Assembly: GCA_017475605.1 (NCBI GenBank)
Contig: JAFVFD010000005.1
Coordinates: 217,758-281,757 of the forward strand
From: Alphaproteobacteria bacterium
GTDB lineage: Bacteria; Pseudomonadota; Alphaproteobacteria; Rs-D84
Reading direction: 5' to 3'
Length of the DNA: 64,000 nt
Each line of letters starts with the position of its first letter. Position 1 is the first letter of the stretch. Shown piece by piece: positions 28,184 to 38,185 of this stretch. The position numbers and the translations under genes are program-made. The notes under the pieces are model-generated. The model saw only the letters and a list, made by a program, of their open reading frames with translations, did not search any database and had not been told where the DNA came from.

Positions 28184-29049
28184 TGAATTATATTGATATA
28201 TTTTTAGAAGCATTGTCTGCGGAAAAAGGCCGTTCTGAAAAAACATTGGCCGCATATGCATCTGACCTGCAACACGCAGACGCATCTATTCCGGGTGGTT
28301 TAATGACGGCGGACGACAATGCGATTCAAAAATATTTGACCGATTTGCCGGACCGCGCATCAAGCATCGCACGCAAGGCCAGCGCACTGCGCGGGTTTTA
28401 CAAATTTTTAATGTTGGAAAAAATCATAACAAAAAACCCAACTGCCAATCTGGAATTACCAAAGCGCAAACGCGCATTACCTAAATTTTTATCGGTGGAC
28501 GAAATAGAATTGCTTATATCATCGGCGGGCGATGTAAAAAACGCAACGCGCCTGCGCACTATGTTGGAATTGGTATATGCATCGGGGTTGCGTGTATCGG
28601 AATTGTGTGAATTACCGATGACGGCAAACCTTGGCGATAAATTATTGATTCATGGCAAGGGGGCCAAGGAAAGAATTGTCCCCATGCACCCCGGTGCCGT
28701 ACATGCGCTTAATAAATGGTTGGATATGCGTGGCGACAATCCATCAAAATATGTATTTCCGTCCAACAGTAATTCTGGGCACATTACCCGCGATGGCTTT
28801 TTCAAGATTTTGAAAAAATGCGCTGTTTTGGCGGGTATTGACCCCAAACGCGTAAGTCCGCACGTCCTGCGCCATTCGTTTGCATCGCACCTGCTGGCCG
28901 GGGGGGCAAACCTGCGCGCGATACAGACAATGCTTGGACACGAAGATATTTCAACAACACAAATCTATACGCACGTTATGCCGGAACGGTTACGTGAAAC
29001 GGTTGTGGAACATCACCCATTGGCAAAACAAAGAAGTGGTAAAAAATGA
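28183..29049 (+). CDS. Site-specific tyrosine recombinase XerC/XerD family
   Basis: N-terminal SAM-like core-binding domain, catalytic R..H..R..Y residues (LRHSFASHLL, HTQIYTHV), 288 aa, in a chromosomal housekeeping context. Confidence 0.85.
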   Translation: MNYIDIFLEALSAEKGRSEKTLAAYASDLQHADASIPGGLMTADDNAIQKYLTDLPDRASSIARKASALRGFYKFLMLEKIITKNPTANLELPKRKRALPKFLSVDEIELLISSAGDVKNATRLRTMLELVYASGLRVSELCELPMTANLGDKLLIHGKGAKERIVPMHPGAVHALNKWLDMRGDNPSKYVFPSNSNSGHITRDGFFKILKKCAVLAGIDPKRVSPHVLRHSFASHLLAGGANLRAIQTMLGHEDISTTQIYTHVMPERLRETVVEHHPLAKQRSGKK

Positions 29050-29537
29050 TTCAAAAATGTGAACACCCGGGCTGTACCAAGGCGGGACCATGTCGTTGTC
29101 CGAAAACACGCGATTTGCGTGAATATTGGCATTTTTGTCCGGAACATGCGGCGGAATATAATAAAAATTGGAACTATTACGCGGGAATGAGTGCGGACGA
29201 AATCGAAGAAGATTGGGAATCCCAGGTTTTTGGTTCACCCCTGAAAGACAAACAAAAAGCAAATGCAGACGAAGCGGACTATATAAAGTTCCTTAATGAC
29301 TTTATTACCGGGCGCGACACATTTGACAAGATGCCGAAAAAGACGACACTGCCCGGACCAGTTACGGCGGCATTTAAATTATTCGGCCTTCCCATCACTT
29401 CGTCCTGGCGCGAGGTTGGCATGCGTTACCGCGCATTGGCAAAACAGCACCACCCCGACCGCGCCGGATCTGCAACGGAATTTGCCAAGATATCCAGCGC
29501 ATACGACACACTTAAAAAATATTTTGGAAAGAAATAA
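29046..29537 (+). CDS. J-domain protein with N-terminal Cys/His zinc-binding region
   Basis: C-terminal J-domain (LFGLP..S..EV...YRALAKQHHPDR) and an N-terminal CEHPGCTKAGPCRCPKT...HFCPEH region. ATGA overlap with the upstream recombinase gene. Confidence 0.75.
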   Translation: MIQKCEHPGCTKAGPCRCPKTRDLREYWHFCPEHAAEYNKNWNYYAGMSADEIEEDWESQVFGSPLKDKQKANADEADYIKFLNDFITGRDTFDKMPKKTTLPGPVTAAFKLFGLPITSSWREVGMRYRALAKQHHPDRAGSATEFAKISSAYDTLKKYFGKK

Positions 29538-29549
29538 AAGGACACAGTT

Positions 29550-30341
29550 ATGACAAAAACTATTATTGCGATTGGTGGCGGTTCATTCGGGCAATTAAAA
29601 ACATATCCAGACGGTCGCCAAGTACAAAAACCAATGGAAACATTAAAGATTGATAAAAAAATAATTGAACTCACTGGTAAAACACAGCCAAAACTAGTTT
29701 TTATTGGTGCCGCACATGGTGACGACTTATCTCGTTTCTTGGCAATCAAAAAATACTTTGGCGAAACTTTAGGTTGTGTTGTTGAAAATTTAAATTTAAT
29801 TGACGATTCCCAAAGACCAAACAAAGAAGACCTTAAAAAGATTATCTTGGGTGCTGATATTATATATATTGGCGGTGGTAATGTCACATACCTTATGAAA
29901 ATACTGGGCAAAACTGGGGTTGATAAATTATTACGCACCGCGTACGACAACGGAATTATTATGTCTGGGAACAGTGCGGGTGGTTGCGCATGGTTTGAAT
30001 TTTATGGCAATGACGAAGACGATGATTTTGACGGAACATTTGAAACATTCAAACCCAAACGCGCACTGGGTTTTGTCCGCGGATATTTTGAACCACACTG
30101 GGACACAAAAAATGAAACCGGCATTGATAAAGAATCTGTATCAAAAAAATCTGTGAATGATATGTTGAAACGCGAATCTATATCTGGATATGGCGTTGAC
30201 GAAGGTGCGGCAATTATGATTCAAACAGACAATGACAAACAGACCATAACAGAAATCACGTCCAAGCCAGGTGCACGTGTATATAGATTAAACCAAGACA
30301 AACAAAATATTCATGTAAAAATGAACCAAACAGAAAGATAA
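29550..30341 (+). CDS. Peptidase S51 family (dipeptidase E / cyanophycinase-like, class I glutamine amidotransferase fold)
   Basis: IYIGGGN, SAGG and catalytic His region motifs typical of S51 peptidases. Confidence 0.65.
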   Translation: MTKTIIAIGGGSFGQLKTYPDGRQVQKPMETLKIDKKIIELTGKTQPKLVFIGAAHGDDLSRFLAIKKYFGETLGCVVENLNLIDDSQRPNKEDLKKIILGADIIYIGGGNVTYLMKILGKTGVDKLLRTAYDNGIIMSGNSAGGCAWFEFYGNDEDDDFDGTFETFKPKRALGFVRGYFEPHWDTKNETGIDKESVSKKSVNDMLKRESISGYGVDEGAAIMIQTDNDKQTITEITSKPGARVYRLNQDKQNIHVKMNQTER

Positions 30342-30342
30342 A

Positions 30343-30372
30343 AAACGCGCCGATGGCGCGTTTTTTTTATTC
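30343..30372. terminator. Bidirectional rho-independent terminator
   Basis: aaaaaacgcgccgatggcgcgttttttt: GC stem with flanking A-run and T-run. Confidence 0.6.
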
Positions 30373-31278
30373 CTTTGAATTCAAATATGCAATTGCATCC
30401 ATGGCGGCGGTACAACCCGTTCCGACCGCGGTTGCAATTTGCATTTTTATACCACTGTGTACATCGCCCGCAACAAATGTTCCCGCCGGCAACGCATCGG
30501 GGGCCAATCGTCCCATTTCATCGCGGTGTACACCTTCGTCCAAATAATCTGTATTTGCTTCATGCCCAATCGCAACAAACAAACCGTCGGTTTCAATTTC
30601 CTGGTCATCGGTTGTTGTTACAACCAATTTTTCAGAATTCGGCACCGCCACAATTTTCTTTAAATCGGTATTGAACAAACATTCGATGTTTTCGCGTTCG
30701 GCGACACGTTGGCGCAATATTGCCTCGGCCCGAAAGAAGGAACCCTTGCGATAAACTATTTTCACAGACTTTGCGATATCCGCCAAATACAGCGCATCAT
30801 TCAATGCGGAATTACCACCGCCCATAACCATTACATCTTTGCCATAATAGAAGAATCCATCGCATGTTGCGCAATATGACACACCCTTGCCTATCAATTC
30901 GCGCGCCCCTTCTATTTCCAGTTTACGCGGGGATGCACCCGTTGCGAAAATGACAGCCTTGCCGATATAGTGTTTGCCATCATCCGCCAAAATATTGAAA
31001 CCACTTTCCGCATCGCCATCAACCGACTTCGCGGACGCAAATACAACATGCGCGCCAAATGATTCAGCCTGCTTCTTCATAAACTCGGCCAGGCCCAATC
31101 CGTCCCCTGACCAACCGGGATAATTTTCCAACTTGGCAATTTGGGACATTTGCCCCCCAAGTGTTGGTCCACCCAACACAATTGTATTTTTATTTGCGCG
31201 CGCGCAATACAATGCCGCGGTCAGCCCCGCCGGACCCGACCCCAGAATAATCACATCATACATTGTAATATCCATCAC
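30367..31278 (-). CDS. trxB: Thioredoxin-disulfide reductase
   Basis: FAD motif GSGPAG, redox-active CATC, NADPH motif GGGNSA. The likely start is the internal Met at about 31263. Confidence 0.9.
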   Translation of the reverse strand: MMDITMYDVIILGSGPAGLTAALYCARANKNTIVLGGPTLGGQMSQIAKLENYPGWSGDGLGLAEFMKKQAESFGAHVVFASAKSVDGDAESGFNILADDGKHYIGKAVIFATGASPRKLEIEGARELIGKGVSYCATCDGFFYYGKDVMVMGGGNSALNDALYLADIAKSVKIVYRKGSFFRAEAILRQRVAERENIECLFNTDLKKIVAVPNSEKLVVTTTDDQEIETDGLFVAIGHEANTDYLDEGVHRDEMGRLAPDALPAGTFVAGDVHSGIKMQIATAVGTGCTAAMDAIAYLNSKE

Positions 31279-31415
31279 ACTTTCCTTTTACTTATTGTCC
31301 AAATCATACCATATAAGATAATGAACGCAAACCCAAAATTCAACCGACGAATATATTGATTTTCGGGCAAAATGATTTTATAATTCGCGCATAAATTAAC
31401 ACAAATGGGGACAAG

Positions 31416-32693
31416 ATGATTGATATAAAATATATTCGTGAAAATCCAGAAGTTGTAAAAAACGCCTGTGCGGTCAAGGGCTTTGCCGACCACACCGATG
31501 AAATATTGGCATTGGACAAACGCGTACGTGAATTGAAAACAATTACGCAAACAATGACTGCGGAAAAAAATAAAATCACGCGTGAAATACCAACCGCCGC
31601 GGACAAGGCACCACTTATCGCGCGGTCCAAGGAAATTGGAAACGAAATCGCGGCCGATATGGCGGAATTGGCGGAAAAAGAGGCCACGCTTAACGAATTA
31701 TTACATTGTGTTCCACAAATACCAGCGGCCGACGCGCCGGTTGGTCGCGACGATTCCGAAAATGTCGAGGTTCGCCGCGTTGGCACCCCACGCGAATTTG
31801 ACTTTACCCCACGCGCACAATGGGATTTGCTGGATATGAATGGTTGGTGGGCACCAGAAAAGATTGGTGAAATTTGCGGTACCCGTACATATTGTTTAAT
31901 GGGCGAAGCCGCCGAATTATCATTGGCCATTCAAACATATGTTATTCAAAAATTGATTCAAAAGGGATTCCGTTTTGTTGAATGCCCATCAATCACGAAA
32001 CCGCAAACTATATTTAATGCGGGACACTTTATGGGGTCTGATGTATCGGTAATGAATAATGATGTATTCATGTTGACGGACACCGACAGATGTTTGGCCG
32101 GGACCGCGGAAATCATTTTGAATTCATTACACGCGGACGAAGTATTAAATGAAAAAGATTTACCGATTAAATATGCTGGCTTTTCACCATGTTTCCGCAA
32201 AGAAGCGGGTGCCGCCGGGCGCGATACGCGGGGGCTGGTCCGTTTTCATCAGTTTAACAAGGTTGAACAATATATATACTGCACCCCGGAACAATCGGAC
32301 GAAATGCACGAACATATTTTAAACAACCTGTGCGAAGTAATGGAAGATTTGGAATTGCCATATCGTGTAATTGCAAATTGCACCGGCGATATGGGATTCA
32401 ACAAGGTTAAAATGAACGATGTAGAAGCCTGGTTCCCGTCCGAAAATGCTTATCGTGAATTGGGTTCTTGTTCGTCCATTGGTCAGTTCCAGGCGCGCCG
32501 CACAAACACGCGTTTCCGTGCGCACGATGGGTCGTTACAGTTCTGTGCGACATTGAATAATACAGGTATCGCCCTGCCACGTGCATTGGTGCCTGTTATT
32601 GAAAACCACCAAAATGCCGATGGTTCGGTCAATATACCAAAGAAATTACAAGCACTTATGGGTGGTCGTACAAAAATTGGTGGAAAACATTAA
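31416..32693 (+). CDS. serS: Serine--tRNA ligase
   Basis: N-terminal coiled-coil arm and class II motifs (FRKEAGAAGRDTRGLVRFHQF, GSCSS). Confidence 0.9.
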   Translation: MIDIKYIRENPEVVKNACAVKGFADHTDEILALDKRVRELKTITQTMTAEKNKITREIPTAADKAPLIARSKEIGNEIAADMAELAEKEATLNELLHCVPQIPAADAPVGRDDSENVEVRRVGTPREFDFTPRAQWDLLDMNGWWAPEKIGEICGTRTYCLMGEAAELSLAIQTYVIQKLIQKGFRFVECPSITKPQTIFNAGHFMGSDVSVMNNDVFMLTDTDRCLAGTAEIILNSLHADEVLNEKDLPIKYAGFSPCFRKEAGAAGRDTRGLVRFHQFNKVEQYIYCTPEQSDEMHEHILNNLCEVMEDLELPYRVIANCTGDMGFNKVKMNDVEAWFPSENAYRELGSCSSIGQFQARRTNTRFRAHDGSLQFCATLNNTGIALPRALVPVIENHQNADGSVNIPKKLQALMGGRTKIGGKH

Positions 32694-32730
32694 AAATAAA
32701 AATCGCCCGATTGGGCGATTTTTATTTTGT
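32694..32730. terminator. Bidirectional rho-independent terminator
   Basis: aaaatcgcccgattgggcgatttttatttt. Confidence 0.6.
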
Positions 32731-33207
32731 TTTTTGATTTGATATTTTCTGTATCAATTGCTGTGGCGACATTATTGCATACTGTGCGCGCTTGAATACA
32801 TTTTCAGATATCGTGACATAATATTTTTTCAAACTTTTTTCCAAACGTTCCTGGTACCACGAATTTGTTGGCGATTTGTAATATTCACAAATATCGCTAA
32901 GTACCGCTGTCGCAGCGACATAGACCTTGTTATTAAACTGACCCGCTTTGGCGCCCTGAATAATCATACCCATAAAATCACCAAAACTGTTATACAATTC
33001 ATACCATTCTGTATATTTTTTTGGGTCTTGCAACAACAGTCTAAACCGCGCAATTGCGGTCGCAATTTGTTTTTGTTCGGCCACATCACGCGGTTGACGT
33101 GCAACCAGCCAGCGAATCGCCGATTGAAAAAATTCTTTTATAACAACTTCATAATCTATCATTTGTTTCATCATATGCCCCCTTATTCTCACTATAATTA
33201 TAGACAA
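32722..33207 (-). CDS. Hypothetical protein (about 150 aa)
   Basis: Clean ORF with no recognisable motif. The likely start is at the internal MMKQMIDY. Confidence 0.45.
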   Translation of the reverse strand: MSIIIVRIRGHMMKQMIDYEVVIKEFFQSAIRWLVARQPRDVAEQKQIATAIARFRLLLQDPKKYTEWYELYNSFGDFMGMIIQGAKAGQFNNKVYVAATAVLSDICEYYKSPTNSWYQERLEKSLKKYYVTISENVFKRAQYAIMSPQQLIQKISNQKTK

Positions 33208-33249
33208 AATATGCCAAATGTCAATTTTTTTACAAAAAAATGTTCTATA

Positions 33250-33278
33250 TTGTTGAAAATCGTGAAAAATGGTATACT
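33250..33278 (+). promoter_or_regulatory. Sigma70-like promoter for typA
   Basis: TTGTTG(-35), 17-nt spacer, TATACT(-10), 38 nt upstream of the typA ATG, with an AAGGGG RBS. Confidence 0.4.
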
Positions 33279-33315
33279 CTATACCCGATTTATGTAAAAA
33301 TTAAGGGGCATTGAT

Positions 33316-35154
33316 ATGAAGATTCGCAATATCGCAATCATCGCACACGTTGACCATGGAAAAACGACACTGGTTGACAACATGTTGAAACAAGCCGGAA
33401 CTTTTCGTGAAAACGAAAAGGTTGAAGATCGTGTCATGGACAGTGGCGATATTGAACGCGAACGCGGCATTACAATTTCCGCAAAACCCACATCTATCCA
33501 ATGGGGCGAATATAAAATCAACATTGTTGATACACCGGGACACGCCGACTTTGGTGGCGAAGTGGAACGTATTTTATCCATGGTTGATGGTGTGGTGTTG
33601 TTGGTTGATGCCGCCGAAGGACCCCTGCCCCAGACCAAGTTTGTGTTGGGCAAGGCATTAAAACTGGGGCTGCGCCCGATTGTGTGTATTAACAAGGTTG
33701 ACCGCAGTGATGCCCGCCCGGACGAAGTTTTAAGCGAAACATTTGATTTGTTTGATAAATTGGGTGCGACCGATTCCCAACTTGATTTCCCATATCTGTA
33801 TTCCGTTGGGCGCGATGGTTGGGCGGTACGCAACCTGAACGATGAACACAAAGATTTAACCCCACTGTTCCAATTAATTGTAGATCATGTGCCGGCACCT
33901 GATTGTAACGGGACCCGTTGCCAATTAGATGCCCCCTTTTCAATGTTGGCAACCACATTGGAGGCAGACCCCTATGTCGGCCGTATTTTAACAGGCAAGG
34001 TGGAATCAGGTACTGTCCGTGTGGGACAATCGGTCAAGGCTATTAACAGAAATGGCGAATTTATTGAAAACGCAAAAATCACAAAAATTATTGAACACCG
34101 CGGTGTTGAAAAGATTTCACGCGAATCTGCATCGGCGGGCGACATTATCGTTGTGGCTGGTTTTAGTAAAGCGACTGTGGCGGACACCCTGTGCGACCCA
34201 TCGGTTACCGAACCAATTCCGGCTATGCCAATTGACCCACCAACCCTTACCATGACATTTTTTGTTAACACATCACCGTTGGCTGGTAAATCTGGTAAAA
34301 AATTAACATCGCGTATGATTGGCGAACGTTTGTTCCGCGAAGCCGAAACAAACATCGCATTAAAGGTTACACAAAGTGCCAACAATGAAAGTTTTGAAGT
34401 TTCCGGTCGTGGCGAATTACAGTTGGGTATTTTAATTGAAACAATGCGCCGCGAAGGTTTCGAATTATCTGTATCCCGTCCGCGCGTTGTTATGCAGACC
34501 GGACCGAACGGCGAAAAATTGGAACCAATCGAAGAAGTCGTTATTGATGTGGACGATGAGTTTTCCGGTGTTGTTATTGAAAAGATGACCAAACGCAAAG
34601 CCACAATTACAGAAATGAAGGCATCAGGTGCCGGCAAAACACGTATCGTCTTTTCCGCCCCATCGCGTGGGTTAATTGGGTATCTGTCTGAATTCCGTAC
34701 CGACACACGTGGCACCGGCATTATGAACCGCGTATTTGATAAATACGACGAATACCGCGGCCCAATTTCACAATATCGTCCAGGGGTGCTTGTTTCCATG
34801 GAGGCTGGATCTGCTGCTACATACGCACTGCACAATTTGGAACCACGCGGTACATTGTTCATTGGCCCACAAACCGAGGTTTATTCTGGTATGATTATCG
34901 GTGAACATTCCAAAGAAAATGATATCGAAGTTAACCCGGTCAAGGGAAAACAATTAACAAATGTTCGTTCGGTTACTGCGGATGAAAAGTTATTCCTGGC
35001 CCCTCCGCGCAAAATGAGTCTGGAAGAAGCCTTGTCATACATTCAAGATGATGAATTGGTAGAGGTTACACCTGCTGTAATCCGCCTGCGCAAAAAGGAA
35101 CTGGACAGCGGTAAACGCAAGAAAGCATATCGCTTTGCCGAAACAGACGATTAA
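33316..35154 (+). CDS. typA: Translational GTPase TypA/BipA
   Basis: G-domain motifs AHVDHGKTT, DTPGHADF, NKVD; EF-G-like domains; 612 aa. Confidence 0.9.
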   Translation: MKIRNIAIIAHVDHGKTTLVDNMLKQAGTFRENEKVEDRVMDSGDIERERGITISAKPTSIQWGEYKINIVDTPGHADFGGEVERILSMVDGVVLLVDAAEGPLPQTKFVLGKALKLGLRPIVCINKVDRSDARPDEVLSETFDLFDKLGATDSQLDFPYLYSVGRDGWAVRNLNDEHKDLTPLFQLIVDHVPAPDCNGTRCQLDAPFSMLATTLEADPYVGRILTGKVESGTVRVGQSVKAINRNGEFIENAKITKIIEHRGVEKISRESASAGDIIVVAGFSKATVADTLCDPSVTEPIPAMPIDPPTLTMTFFVNTSPLAGKSGKKLTSRMIGERLFREAETNIALKVTQSANNESFEVSGRGELQLGILIETMRREGFELSVSRPRVVMQTGPNGEKLEPIEEVVIDVDDEFSGVVIEKMTKRKATITEMKASGAGKTRIVFSAPSRGLIGYLSEFRTDTRGTGIMNRVFDKYDEYRGPISQYRPGVLVSMEAGSAATYALHNLEPRGTLFIGPQTEVYSGMIIGEHSKENDIEVNPVKGKQLTNVRSVTADEKLFLAPPRKMSLEEALSYIQDDELVEVTPAVIRLRKKELDSGKRKKAYRFAETDD

Positions 35155-35155
35155 A

Positions 35156-35190
35156 ACACACCGCCCACATGGGCGGTATTTTATTGAAAC
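35156..35190 (+). terminator. Intrinsic terminator after typA
   Basis: accgcccacatgggcggt stem followed by a T-rich tract. Confidence 0.55.
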
Positions 35191-35240
35191 ACAAACCATT
35201 CTTTATTATCCTTGTCTTATAAAAAGCAAAGGATGTATTG

Positions 35241-36452
35241 ATGCCCGAAATTACACCATTTAAAATATACAGCGATAATAAAAATATAAAGTATTCCAAC
35301 AAAATAATTAATCAGATAAAAATCACATCAAACGCAAGTGTGATATCTGTGGACAACCCAACCATTGTTGTTGATACAAAAACAATCGCATACGGTGTTT
35401 TTGACAGCAACGGTAAATTTGTAAAACAATCTTTACAATATCGCGGCAAAAATCATCAATTTATACCAAAATCTGTTCCACACGATGCGCCATATATTGA
35501 TTCTGTTGCTGTTCTGGTTGGAAACATATACCCACACTTTGGACACTTTTTGGTGGAACAAATGAATCGCCTTTTTGGCGCAATCAATCAACCACGCGAT
35601 ATTAAATACATATTTATGGACAACCGCGGAATCGGCGCACAAAACTTTGTTTATGAATTTATGGCGGCATTTGGGGTTGATAAAAACGATATTATAATTT
35701 TGAACAAATCGGCAAGATTTAAAAAATTATATATACCATCACAAACCCTTAATATCAAAAACGCAATCATTGATAACCAGATGCCGTTGGGATATCAAAA
35801 AATGGCACAAAACACCACCGGGGGTGGATACGATCGGGTATATATGTCGCGTGCCAAATTGCCACAAACTATTCGTACAATCGGCGAAGAAAAAATTCAA
35901 AAAATTTTTGAAAAAAATGGATATAAAATCATTTACCCGGAACAAATGAGCATCGCCGAACAAATCGCCGCTGTGCGCGATGCCAGATATTTGGCGGGAT
36001 GTGCGGGCACCGCATTACACTGGGCGTTTTTTATGAAACCAGGCGGAACCGTTATAACATTAAAACGAAATTTGGAACGTGATAAGTTTGTTCAAACCCA
36101 ACATATGTTTAATTCTGTATGCGGGCTGAAATCGATTTTTGTGTGGGCATCTGTTGAACCACATAAATCAAACCATGGTGGCAAACACCCACCACAAATC
36201 ATTGGTGCGACCCAATACATAAAACAATTCTTTGATGATTTCGGTTTTAAATACACAAATTCAGACATCGCAATTGATAATGACGCTATGAAAGAATACC
36301 AGGAACAATATGAAAAATACATTTCCGAAAACGGCAGTACCATTCGCACAAAAATCTTAAAACACATGGTTAAAATTATATCGTGCTTTATTCCGGGACG
36401 CATTAATCGTAATCGGGCAAGGAAATGGCTTAAATCTAAATTACACATTTAA
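35241..36452 (+). CDS. DUF563 / GT61-like glycosyltransferase
   Basis: HFGHFLVEQMNRL and downstream motifs are typical of the DUF563 capsular polysaccharide glycosyltransferase family. Confidence 0.65.
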   Translation: MPEITPFKIYSDNKNIKYSNKIINQIKITSNASVISVDNPTIVVDTKTIAYGVFDSNGKFVKQSLQYRGKNHQFIPKSVPHDAPYIDSVAVLVGNIYPHFGHFLVEQMNRLFGAINQPRDIKYIFMDNRGIGAQNFVYEFMAAFGVDKNDIIILNKSARFKKLYIPSQTLNIKNAIIDNQMPLGYQKMAQNTTGGGYDRVYMSRAKLPQTIRTIGEEKIQKIFEKNGYKIIYPEQMSIAEQIAAVRDARYLAGCAGTALHWAFFMKPGGTVITLKRNLERDKFVQTQHMFNSVCGLKSIFVWASVEPHKSNHGGKHPPQIIGATQYIKQFFDDFGFKYTNSDIAIDNDAMKEYQEQYEKYISENGSTIRTKILKHMVKIISCFIPGRINRNRARKWLKSKLHI

Positions 36453-36501
36453 CACATTGCAATAACAAAACTTGTTTTGTAAAATAACAACAGGAAGATA
36501 T

Positions 36502-37347
36502 ATGACAAAACGTTTATTTTTATTCGCGGGCTATAACAAAAATGGAATCGTTGATGATTCGCTGTTGTTGTATGTGCGTGCCATATCAAAATATGGCGAT
36601 ATTGTTTTGTATATAGATTCAGATTGTCCAAAATCAGAATTACAAAAGTTAAAACCGTATGTTTTACATGCTGCCGCGGTGCGCCATGGGGAATACGACT
36701 TTGGATCATATAAAAGATGCTTCCTTTGGGCGCGCGATAAAAAGATATTAAGCAATTATGATTTTGTATATTTGATAAATGATTCTGTGTTCGGACCATT
36801 AATTAACATTCGCAAAACGATACACGATATCGAAAACATAAATACAGATGCCGCCGGTATTGTTATGACAACACACAAAACCCATGCCTATATGGAATCG
36901 TGGTTTGTTCGACTGAACCCGGCCATATTTAGCCAAGATTGGTTTAACGAATTTATGTCTTCCGTTACCATACAACCAAGCAAGGCACGTATTACAATCG
37001 CATACGAACATGGTTTATCCAAATTGATATCTGATAATGGATGTTCATGGGGTGGTATATATAAATGCCGCGGACGATTTACATATAACAAACCGATAAA
37101 GTTATTTAAATGGGGCTGTCCATTTGTTAAAAAGGCATCTTTCATTCGCCATAACGGTGCCGCCGGCGCACAAATAAAATATATATTGTCGCACTGTGAT
37201 GTGGTGGCGCGTCGTGCGATTATAAAATCTGCGAACGAATTGTATGGCGAAAAATATATGAATTGGTTGTTAACATACAATCCGTTAAAAATTATGTATC
37301 GAAACATACGATATGGATTAAAAAAATTAAGGGACGGCGGAATATGA
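36502..37347 (+). CDS. Polysaccharide biosynthesis protein (RgpF-like)
   Basis: FAGYNKNGIVDDSLLLYVRAISKYGDIVLYIDSD pattern resembles rhamnan-synthesis F-like transferases. ATG with AGGAAG RBS at 36502; the 36472 TTG start is unlikely. Confidence 0.5.
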   Translation: MTKRLFLFAGYNKNGIVDDSLLLYVRAISKYGDIVLYIDSDCPKSELQKLKPYVLHAAAVRHGEYDFGSYKRCFLWARDKKILSNYDFVYLINDSVFGPLINIRKTIHDIENINTDAAGIVMTTHKTHAYMESWFVRLNPAIFSQDWFNEFMSSVTIQPSKARITIAYEHGLSKLISDNGCSWGGIYKCRGRFTYNKPIKLFKWGCPFVKKASFIRHNGAAGAQIKYILSHCDVVARRAIIKSANELYGEKYMNWLLTYNPLKIMYRNIRYGLKKLRDGGI

Positions 37348-38183
37348 TAAAGAAAACCAAGCGAATTGCTGCAATCACCATGGCGCGTGATGATGAATTT
37401 TTTCTGTCGCGATGGATTGCATATTATGGAAAACAACTGGGGACGGAAAACCTGTATATAATACTTGATGGTACGGACCAAAAAACACCGCTTAATGCCG
37501 GCAACGCACATATAATAAAATTACCGCATATACCTATGTCGCGCGCCGCTGGCGATAAATATCGAATTGGTAAAATATCCGCACTGGCACACGAATTATT
37601 AAAATCATACGATATTGTGATTGGGTGCGATTCTGATGAATTTTTAATTGTGGATCCAAACACAAAAAAAACATTGGCTGAATATTTATCGGAAATTAAT
37701 ATCAAAACAACTGTATCTGGGTTGGGACTGGATATCGGGCAACACATGGAATTGGAACGTCCGCTTGATACCGATATGGCATTGTTGGAACAACGCGAAT
37801 ATGCCCTGCTGTCCACGCGCTATACAAAACCTGTTGTTATAAATCGCCCAGTAAATTGGGGCAGCGGTTTTCACAGCATAAAAAATCACAATTTCCATAT
37901 TGACCCCAATTTATATTTATTACACTTTGGTGCGGTTGATATGAATATGTTAATTAAAAAGGCGGAATCGCGTGGGGCGGATTGGGTAAATCACCTGCGT
38001 CGGCGCGGCAACGGAACAATTAACGCGGTAACAAAACTTACCCCAAAACCTGAAAAATATTTGCGCCGCGCACGCATCATGCAACGAATATTCCGACCAA
38101 TCTATGCGTTTGACAAACCGGGCATGCTGGGGCTAAAACGCGTGGTAAAAATACCACAACGGTTTATTAAATCGGGGGTATAG
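37344..38183 (+). CDS. Glycosyltransferase family 2-like (Glyco_tranf_2_4-type)
   Basis: AITMARDDEFFLSRWIAYYGKQLGTENLYIILDG resembles the NE..fieewL.hh..lG.dhiyiydn GT2_4 motif. ATGA overlap with the upstream gene. Confidence 0.5.
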   Translation: MIKKTKRIAAITMARDDEFFLSRWIAYYGKQLGTENLYIILDGTDQKTPLNAGNAHIIKLPHIPMSRAAGDKYRIGKISALAHELLKSYDIVIGCDSDEFLIVDPNTKKTLAEYLSEINIKTTVSGLGLDIGQHMELERPLDTDMALLEQREYALLSTRYTKPVVINRPVNWGSGFHSIKNHNFHIDPNLYLLHFGAVDMNMLIKKAESRGADWVNHLRRRGNGTINAVTKLTPKPEKYLRRARIMQRIFRPIYAFDKPGMLGLKRVVKIPQRFIKSGV

Positions 38184-38185
38184 AT

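Noticed and set aside
28183-29049. Tyrosine recombinase as the islet integrase
   Set aside because: It lies 30 kb from the tRNA-Tyr islet in a housekeeping context (lptF/G, J-domain protein) and has XerC/D features. It is a chromosomal dif recombinase.
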